Below the pieces are notes generated by a model, which was not told the DNA's origin, made no database searches, and saw only the letters and a list, made by a program, of their open reading frames with translations. Below are positions 54,201 to 64,000 of a DNA stretch of 64,000 nt, piece by piece (the first letter of the stretch is position 1; the number at the start of each line of letters is the position of its first letter). The position numbers were made by a program, and so were the translations under genes. The stretch is from the NCBI GenBank assembly GCA_964016885.1, contig OZ024740.1, positions 416,640,001 to 416,704,000 on the forward strand. Reading direction: 5' to 3'. The stretch comes from Eledone cirrhosa (Eukaryota).

Positions 54201-57200
54201 CATGAGCCTATATTCGAGTTATATTTACTGGAAGTCTACCTTCTCTCCTAGACAGTTGTCATGAGCCTATATTGGAGTTATATTTACTGTAAGTCTACCT
54301 TCTCTTCTAGACAGTTGTCATGTGCCTATGTTGGGGTTATATTTACTGTAAGTCTACCTTCTCTCCTAGACAGTTGTCATGAGCCTATGTTGGGGTTATA
54401 TTTACTGTAAGTCTACCTTCTCTCCTAGACAGTTGTCATGAGCCTATATTGGGGGTTATATTTACTGGAAGTCTACCTTCTCTCCTAGACAGTTGTCATG
54501 AGCCTATATTGGGGGTTATATTTACTGTAAGTCTACCTTCTCTTCTAGACAGTTGTCATGAGCCTATATTGGAGTTATATCTACTGTAAGTCTACCTTCT
54601 CTCCTAGACAGTTGTCATGAGCCTATATTGGAGTTATATTTATTGGAAGTCTACCTTCTCTTCTAGACAGTTGTCATGAGCCTATATTGGAGTTATATTT
54701 ACTGTAAGTCTACCTTCTCTTCTAGACAGTTGTCATGAGCCTATATTGGAGTTATATTTACTGGAAGTCTACCTTCTCTTCTAGACAGTTGTCATGAGCC
54801 TATATTGCAGTTATATTTACTGTAAGTCTACCTTCTCTCCTAGACAGTTGTCATGAGCCTATGTTGGGGTTATATTTACTGTAAGTCTACCTTCTCTCCT
54901 AGACAGTTGTCATGAGCCTGTATTGGGGGTTATATTTACTGGAAGTCTACCTTCTCTCCTAGACAGTTGTCATGAGCCTATATTGGGGGTTATATTTACT
55001 GTAAGTCTACCTTCTCTTCTAGACAGTTGTCATGAGCCTATATTGGAGTCATATTTACTGTAAGTCTACCTTCTCTTCTAGACAGTTGTCATGAGCCTAT
55101 ATTGGAGTTATATTTACTGTACGTCTACCTTTTCTTCTAGACAGTTGTCATGACCCTATATTGGAGTTATATTTACTGGAAGTCTACCTTCAATTCTAGA
55201 CAGTTGTCATGAGCCTATATTGGAGTTATATTTACTGTAAGTCTACCTTCTCTTCTAGACAGTTGTCATGAGCCTATATTGGAGTTATATTTACTGGAAG
55301 TCTACCTTCTCTTCTAGACAGTTGTCATGAGCCTATATTGGAGTTATATTTACTGGAAGTCTACCTTCTCTTCTAGACAGTTGTCATGAGCCTATATTGG
55401 AGTTATATTTACTGGAAGTCTACCTTCTCTCCTGGACAGTTGTCATGAGCCTATATTGGAGTTATATTTACTGGAAGTCTACCTTCTCTTCTAGACAGTT
55501 GTCATGAGCCTATATTGGAGTTATATTTACTGTAAGTCTACCTTCTCTTCTAGACAGTTGTCATGAGCCTATATTGGAGTTATATTTACTGGAAGTCTAC
55601 CTTCTCTCCTAGACAGTTGTCATTAGCCTATATTCGAGTTATATTTACTGGAAGTCTACCTTCTCTCCTAGACAGTTGTCATGAGCCTATGTTGGTGTTA
55701 TATTTACTGGAAGTCTACCTTCTCTCCTAGACAGTTGTCATGAGCCTATATTGGAGTTATATTTACTAGAAGTCTACCTTCTCTTCTAGACAGTTGTCAT
55801 CAGCCTATATTGGAGTTATATTCACTGGAAGTCTACCGTCTCTCCTAGACAGTTGTCATGAGCCTATGTTGGTGTTCTTTTTACTGGAAGTCTACCTTCT
55901 CTCCTAGACAGTTGTCATGAGCCTATATTGGAGTTATATTTACTGTAAGTCTACCTTCTCTTCTAGACAGTTGTCATGAGCCTATATTGGAGTTATATTT
56001 ACTGGAAGTTTACCTTCTCTCCTAGACAGTTGTCATGAGCCTATATTGGAGTTATATTTACTGTAAGTCTACCTTCTTTTCTAGACAGTTGTCATGAGCC
56101 TATATTGGAGTTATGTTTACTGGAAGTCTACCTTCTCTTCTAGACAGTTGTCATGAGCCTATATTGGAGTTATATTTACTGTAAGTCTACCTTCTCTTCT
56201 AGACAGTTGTCATGAGCCTATATTGGAGTTATATTTACTGGAAGTCTACCTTCTCTTCTAGACAGTTGTCATGAGCCTATATTGGAGTTATATTTACTGG
56301 AAGTCTACCTTCTCTTCTAGACAGTTGTCATGAGCCTATATTGGAGTTATATTTACTGGAAGTCTACCTTCTCTTCTAGACAGTTGTCATGAGCCTATGT
56401 TGGTGTTATATTTACTGTAAGTCTACCTTCTCTCCTAGACAGTTGTCATGAGCCTATATTGGGGGTTATATTTACTGTAATTCTACCTTCTCTCCTAGAC
56501 AGTTGTCATGAGCCTATATTGGGGGTTATATTTACTGTAAGTCTACCTTCTCTTCTAGACAGTTGTCATGAGCCTATATTGGAGTTATATTTACTGGAAG
56601 TCTACCTTCTCTTCTAGACAGTTGTTGTGAGCCCATGTTGGTGTTATATTTACTGTAAGTCTACTTTCTCTCCTAGACAGTTGTCATGAGCCTATATTGA
56701 AGTTATATTTACTGGAAGTCTACCTTCTCATCTAGACAGTTGTCATGAGCCTATATTGGAGTTATATTTACTGGAAGTCTACCTTCTCTTCTAGACAGTT
56801 GTCATGAGCCTATATTGGAGTTATATTTACTGGAAGTCTACCTTCTCTCCTAGACAGTTGTCATGAGCCTATATTGGGGGTTATATTTACTGTAAGTCTA
56901 CCTTCTCTTCTAGACAGTTGTCATGAGCCTATATTGGAGTCATATTTACTGTAAGTCTACCTTCTCTTCTAGACAGTTGTCATGAGCCTATATTGGAGTT
57001 ATATTTACTGTACGTCTACCTTCTCTTCTAGACAGTTGTCATGAGCCTATATTGGAGTTATATTTACTGGAAGTCTACCTTCTCTCCTAGACAGTTGTCA
57101 TGAGCCTATATTGGGGGTTATATTTACTGTAAGTCTACCTTCTCTTCTAGACAGTTGTCATGAGCCTACATTGGAGTCATATTTACTGTAAGTCTACCTT

Positions 57201-60200
57201 CTCTTCTAGACAGTTGTCATGAGCCTATATTGGGGGTTATATTTACTGTAAGTCTACCTTCTCTTCTAGACAGTTGTTGTGAGCCTATGTTGGTGTTATA
57301 TTTACTGTAAGTCTATCTTCTCTTCTAGACAGTTGTCATGAGCCTATATTGGAGTTATATTTACTGGAAGTCTACCTTCTCTCCTAGACAGTTGTCATGA
57401 GCCTATATTGGAGTTATATTTACTGTAAGTCTACCTTCTCTTCTAGACAGTTGTCATGAGCCTATATTGGAGTTATATTTACTGGAAGTCTACCTTCTCT
57501 TCTAGACAGTTGTCATGAGCCTATATTGGAGTTATATTTACTGGAAGTCTACCTTCTCTTCTAGACAGTTGTCATGAGCCTATATTGCAGTTATATTTAC
57601 TGTAAGTCTACCTTCTCTCCTAGACAGTTGTCATGAGCCTATGTTGGGGTTATATTTACTGTAAGTCTACCTTCTCTCCTAGACAGTTGTCATGAGCCTA
57701 TATTGGGGGTTATATTTACTGGAAGTCTACCTTCTCTCCTAGACAGTTGTCATGAGCCTATATTGGGGGTTATATTTACTGTAAGTCTACCTTCTCTTCT
57801 AGACAGTTGTCATGAGCCTATATTGGAGTCATATTTACTGTAAGTCTACCTTCTCCTCTAGACAGTTGTCATGAGCCTATATTGGAGTTATATTTACTGT
57901 ACGTCTACCTTTTCTTCTAGACAGTTGTCATGAGCCTATATTGGAGTTATATTTACTGGAAGTCTACCTTCTCTTCTAGACAGTTGTCATGAGCCTATAT
58001 TGGAGTTATATTTACTGTATGTCTACCTTCTCTCCTATACAGTTGTCATGACCCTATATTGGAGTTATATTTACTGGAAGTCTACCTTCAATTCTAGACA
58101 GTTGTCATGAGCCTATATTGGAGTTATATTTACTGTAAGTCTACCTTCTCTTCTAGACAGTTGTCATCAGCCTATATTGGAGTTATATTTACTGGAAGTC
58201 TACCTTCTCTTCTAGACAGTTGTCATGAGCCTATATTGGAGTTATATTTACTGGAAGTCTACCTTCTCTTCTAGACAGTTGTCATGAGCCTATATTGGAG
58301 TTATATTTACTGGAAGTCTACCTTCTCTCCTAGACAGTTGTCATGAGCCTATATTGGAGTTATATTTACTGGAAGTCTACCTTCTCTTCTAGACAGTTGT
58401 CATGAGCCTATATTGGAGTTATATTTACTGTAAGTCTACCTTCTCTTCTAGACAGTTGTCATGAGCCTATATTGGAGTTATATTTACTGTAAGTCTACCT
58501 TCTCTCCTAGACAGTTGTCATGAGCCTATATTGGGGGTTATATTTACTGTAAGTCTACCTTCTCTTCTAGACAGTTGTCATGAGCCTATATTGTAGTTAT
58601 ATTTACTGGAAGTCTACCTTCTCTTCTAGACAGTTGTCATTAGCCTATATTCGAGTTATATTTACTGGAAGTCTACCTTCTCTCCTAGACAGTTGTCATG
58701 GGCCTATGTTGGTGTTATATTTACTGGAAGTCTACCTTCTCTCCTAGACAGTTGTCATGAGCCTATATTGGAGTTATATTTACTAGAAGTCTACCTTCTC
58801 TTCTAGACAGTTGTCATCAGCCTATATTGGAGTTATATTCACTGGAAGTCTACCGTCTCTCCTAGACAGTTGTCATGAGCCTATGTTGGTGTTCTTTTTA
58901 CTGGAAGTCTACCTTCTCTCCTAGACAGTTGTCATGAGCCTATATTGGAGTTATATTTACTGTAAGTCTACCTTCTCTTCTAGACAGTTGTCATGAGCCT
59001 ATATTGGAGTTATATTTACTGGAAGTCTACCTTCTCTCCTAGACAGTTGTCATGAGCCTATATTGGAGTTATATTTACTGTAAGTCTACCTTCTTTTCTA
59101 GACAGTTGTCATGAGCCTATATTGGAGTTATGTTTACTGGAAGTCTACCTTCTCTTCTAGACAGTTGTCATGAGCCTATATTGGAGTTATATTTACTGTA
59201 AGTCTACCTTCTCTTCTAGACAGTTGTCATGAGCCTATATTGGAGTTATATTTACTGGAAGTCTACCTTCTCTTCTAGACAGTTGTCATGAGCCTATATT
59301 GGAGTTATATTTACTGGAAGTCTACCTTCTCTTCTAGACAGTTGTCATGAGCCTATGTTGGTGTTATATTTACTGTAAGTCTACCTTCTCTCCTAGACAG
59401 TTGTCATGAGCCTATATTGGGGGTTATATTTACTGTAAGTCTACCTTCTCTCCTAGACAGTTGTCATGAGCCTATATTGGGGGTTATATTTACTGTAAGT
59501 CTACCTTCTCTTCTAGACAGTTGTCATGAGCCTATATTGGAGTTATATTTACTGGAAGTCTACCTTCTCTTCTAGACAGTTGTCATGAGCCTATATTGGA
59601 GTTATATTTACTGGAAGTCTACCTTCTCTTCTAGACAGTTGTCATGAGCCTATGTTGGTGTTATATTTACTGTAAGTCTACCTTCTCTCCTAGACAGTTG
59701 TCATGAGCCTATATTGGGGGTTATATTTACTGTAAGTCTACCTTCTCTCCTAGACAGTTGTCATGAGCCTATATTGGGGGTTATATTTACTGTAAGTCTA
59801 CCTTCTCTTCTAGACAGTTGTCATGAGCCTATATTGGAGTTATATTTACTGGAAGTCTACCTTCTCTTCTAGACAGTTGTTGTGAGCCCATGTTGGTGTT
59901 ATATTTACTGTAAGTCTACTTTCTCTCCTAGACAGTTGTCATGAGCCTATATTGAAGTTATATTTACTGGAAGTCTACCTTCTCATCTAGACAGTTGTCA
60001 TGAGCCTATATTGGAGTTATATTTACTGGAAGTCTACCTTCTCTTCTAGACAGTTGTCATGAGCCTATATTGGAGTTATATTTACTGGAAGTCTACCTTC
60101 TCTCCTAGACAGTTGTCATGAGCCTATATTGGGGGTTATATTTACTGTAAGTCTACCTTCTCTTCTAGACAGTTGTCATGAGCCTATATTGGAGTCATAT

Positions 60201-63200
60201 TTACTGTAAGTCTACCTTCTCTTCTAGACAGTTGTCATGAGCCTATACTGGAGTTATATTTACTGTACGTCTACCTTCTCTTCTAGACAGTTGTCATGAG
60301 CCTATATTGGAGTTATATTTACTGGAAGTCTACCTTCTCTTCTAGACAGTTGTCATGGGCCTATATTGGAGTTATATTTACTGTAAGTCTACCTTCTCTC
60401 CTAGACAGTTGTCATGTGCCTATATTGGAGTTATATTTACTGTAAGTCTACCTTCTCTCATAGACAGTTGTCATGAGCCTATATTGGGGGTTATATTTAC
60501 TGTAAGTCTACCTTCTCTTCTAGACAGTTGTTGTGAGCCTATGTTGGTGTTATATTTACTGTAAGTCTACCTTCTCTTCTAGACAGTTGTCATGAGCCTA
60601 TATTGGAGTTATATTTACTGGAAGTCTACCTTCACTCCTAGACAGTTGTCATGAGCCTATATTGGAGTTATATTTACTGTAAGTCTACCTTCTCTTCTAG
60701 ACAGTTGTCATGAGCCTATATTGGAGTTATATTTACTGTAAGTCTACCTTCTCTTCTAGACAGTTGTCATGAGCCTATATTGGAGTTATATTTACTGGAA
60801 GTCTACCTTCTCTCCTAGACAGTTGTCATGAGCCTATATTGGAGTTATATTTACTGGAAGTTTACCTTCTCTTCTAGACAGTTGTCATGAGCCTATATTG
60901 GAGTTATATTTACTGTAAGTCTACCTTCTCTTCTAGACAGTTGTCATGAGCCTATATTGGAGTTATATTTACTGGAAGTCTACCTTCTCTCCTAGACAGT
61001 TGTCATGAGCCTATATTGGAGTTATATTTACTGGAAGTCTACCTTCTCTTCTAGACAGTTGTCATGAGCCTATATTGGAGTTATATTTACTGGAAGTCTA
61101 CCTTCTCTTCTAGATAGTTGTCATGAGCCTATATTGGAGTTATATTTACTGGAAGTCTACCTTTTCTCCTAGACAGTTTTCATGAGCCTATATTGGAGTT
61201 ATATTTACTGTAAGTCTACCTTCTCTTCTAGACAGTTGTCATGAGCCTATATTGGAGTTATATTTACTGTAAGTCTACCTTCTCTCCTAGACAGTTGTCA
61301 TGAGCCTATATTGGGGGTTATATTTACTGGAAGTCTACCTTCTCTCCTAGACAGTTGTCATGAGCCTATATTGGGGGTTATATTTACTGTAAGTCTACCT
61401 TCTCTTCTAGACAGTTGTCATGAGCCTATATTGGAGTCATATTTACTGTAAGTCTACCTTCTCTTCTAGACAGTTGTCATGAGCCTATATTGGAGTTATA
61501 TTTACTGTACGTCTACCTTTTCTTCTAGACAGTTTTCATGAGCCTATATTGGAGTTATATTTACTGGAAGTCTACCTTCTCTTCTAGACAGTTGTCATGA
61601 GCCTATATTGGAGTTATATTTACTGTATGTCTACCTTCTCTCCTATACAGTTGTCATGACCCTATATTGGAGTTATATTTACTGGAAGTCTACCTTCAAT
61701 TCTAGACAGTTGTCATGAGCCTATATTGGAGTTATATTTACTGTAAGTCTACCGTCTCTTCTAGACAGTTGTCATGAGCCTATATTGGAGTTATATTTAC
61801 TGGAAGTCTACCTTCTCTTCTAGACAGTTGTCATGAGCCTATATTGGAGTTATATTTACTGGAAGTCTACCTTCTCTTCTAGACAGTTGTCATGAGCCTA
61901 TATTGGAGTTATATTTACTGGAAGTCTACCTTCTCTCCTAGACAGTTGTCATGAGCCTATATTGGAGTTATATTTACTGGAAGTCTACCTTCTCTTCTAG
62001 ACAGTTGTCATGAGCCTATATTGGAGTTATATTTACTGTAAGTCTACCTTCTCTTCTAGACAGTTGTCATGAGCCTATATTGGAGTTATATTTACTGTAA
62101 GTCTACCTTCTCTTCTAGACAGTTGTCATGAGCCTATATTGTAGTTATATTTACTGGAAGTCTACCTTCTCTTCTAGACAGTTGTCATTAGCCTATATTC
62201 GAGTTATATTTACTGGAAGTCTACCTTCTCTCCTAGACAGTTGTCATGAGCCTATGTTGGTGTTATATTTACTGGAAGTCTACCTTCTCTCCTAGACAGT
62301 TGTCATGAGCCTATATTGGAGTTATATTTACTAGAAGTCTACCTTCTCTTCTAGACAGTTGTCATCAGCCTATATTGGAGTTATATTCACTGGAAGTCTA
62401 CCGTCTCTCCTAGACAGTTGTCATGAGCCTATGTTGGTGTTCTTTTTACTGGAAGTCTACCTTCTCTCCTAGACAGTTGTCATGAGCCTATATTGGAGTT
62501 ATATTTACTGTAAGTCTACCTTCTCTTCTAGACAGTTGTCATGAGCCTATATTGGAGTTATATTTACTGGAAGTCTACCTTCTCTCCTAGACAGTTGTCA
62601 TGAGCCTATATTGGAGTTATATTTACTGTAAGTCTACCTTCTTTTCTAGACAGTTGTCATGAGCCTATATTGGAGTTATGTTTACTGGAAGTCTACCTTC
62701 TCTTCTAGACAGTTGTCTTGAGCCTATATTGGAGTTATATTTACTGTAAGTCTACCTTCTCTTCTAGACAGTTGTCATGAGCCTATATTGGAGTTATATT
62801 TACTGGAAGTCTACCTTCTCTTCTAGACAGTTGTCATGAGCCTATATTGGAGTTATATTTACTGGAAGTCTACCTTCTCTTCTAGACAGTTGTCATGAGC
62901 CTATATTGGAGTTATATTTACTGGAAGTCTACCTTCTCTTCTAGACAGTTGTCATGAGCCTATGTTGGTGTTATATTTACTGTAAGTCTACCTTCTCTCC
63001 TAGACAGTTGTCATGAGCCTATATTGGGGGTTATATTTACTGTAAGTCTACCTTCTCTCCTAGACAGTTGTCATGAGCCTATATTGGGGGTTATATTTAC
63101 TGTAAGTCTACCTTCTCTTCTAGACAGTTGTCATGAGCCTATATTGGAGTTATATTTACTGGAAGTCTACCTTCTCTTCTAGACAGTTGTTGTGAGCCCA

Positions 63201-64000
63201 TGTTGGTGTTATATTTACTGTAAGTCTACTTTCTCTCCTAGACAGTTGTCATGAGCCTATATTGAAGTTATATTTACTGGAAGTCTACCTTCTCTCCTAG
63301 ACAGTTGTCATGAGCCTATATTGGGGGTTATATTTACTGTAAGTCTACCTTCTCTTCTAGACAGTTGTCATGAGCCTATATTGGAGTCATATTTACTGTA
63401 AGTCTACCTTCTCTTCTAGACAGTTGTCATGAGCCTATATTGGAGTTATATTTACTGTACGTCTACCTTCTCTTCTAGACAGTTGTCATGAGCCTATATT
63501 GGAGTTATATTTACTGGAAGTCTACCTTCTCTTCTAGACAGTTGTCATGGGCCTATATTGGAGTTATATTTACTGTAAGTCTACCTTCTCTCCTAGACAG
63601 TTGTCATGTGCCTATATTGGAGTTATATTTACTGTAAGTCTACCTTCTCTCATAGACAGTTGTCATGAGCCTATATTGGGGGTTATATTTACTGTAAGTC
63701 TACCTTCTCTTCTAGACAGTTGTTGTGAGCCTATGTTGGTGTTATATTTACTGTAAGTCTACCTTCTCTTCTAGACAGTTGTCATGAGCCTATATTGGAG
63801 TTATATTTACTGGAAGTCTACCTTCTCTCCTAGACAGTTGTCATGAGCCTATATTGGAGTTATATTTACTGTAAGTCTACCTTCTCTTCTAGACAGTTGT
63901 CATGAGCCTATATTGGAGTTATATTTACTGGAAGTCTACCTTCTCTTCTAGACAGTTGTCATGAGCCTATATTGGAGTTATATTTACTGGAAGTCTACCT
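42271..64000. repeat. 59-bp tandem satellite (about 365-370 units, runs off the window end)
   Basis: Consensus GAGCCTATATTGGAGTTATATTTACTG(G/T)AAGTCTACCTTCTCT(T/C)CTAGACAGTTGTCAT. 60-bp GGGGG variants occur. Confidence 0.99.

Noticed and set aside
47352-63756. Four repeated 69-75-aa ORFs in the satellite
   Set aside because: Chance stop-free runs from variant monomers. Useful only as higher-order repeat markers.
42271-64000. CRISPR-like array
   Set aside because: Head-to-tail monomers with no unique spacers, no cas genes, and eukaryotic context.

Overview
Gene-free, repeat-dense eukaryotic DNA. The AT richness, long (TA)n/(CA)n/(AAT)n tracts and SINE type suggest an octopus or other coleoid cephalopod, which is an inference. 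Four zones: (1) 64-16883: a decayed Helitron split into two opposite-strand halves, with a 16-bp inverted duplication at the break. Between the halves and out to about 18.1 kb lies a nest of Penelope-like elements (PLEs) with hammerhead motifs, including a Naiad-type GIY-YIG element whose ~4-kb microsatellite-rich 3' region is duplicated in inverted orientation (9-kb near-perfect palindrome, 3475-12553). (2) 18.2-38.4 kb: an (AAT)n nest of R4/Dong-like RLE retrotransposons (+, one near-intact 1129-aa ORF) alternating with L1/Tx1-like elements (-) and tRNA-derived SINEs. (3) 38.4-42.2 kb: RTE, SINE, mariner-like and hAT MITE remnants. (4) 42271-64000: a 59-bp tandem satellite with higher-order blocks. 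Best novelty candidates: a conserved 52/53-nt GT-AG segment that would fuse Tx1 ORF1 and ORF2 in frame; a non-canonical double-pseudoknot RNA at the R4/Dong 5' end; a SINE 3' tail shared with the Tx1; and the giant PLE palindrome carrying a hammerhead with a very long loop II. No host protein-coding gene can be supported.
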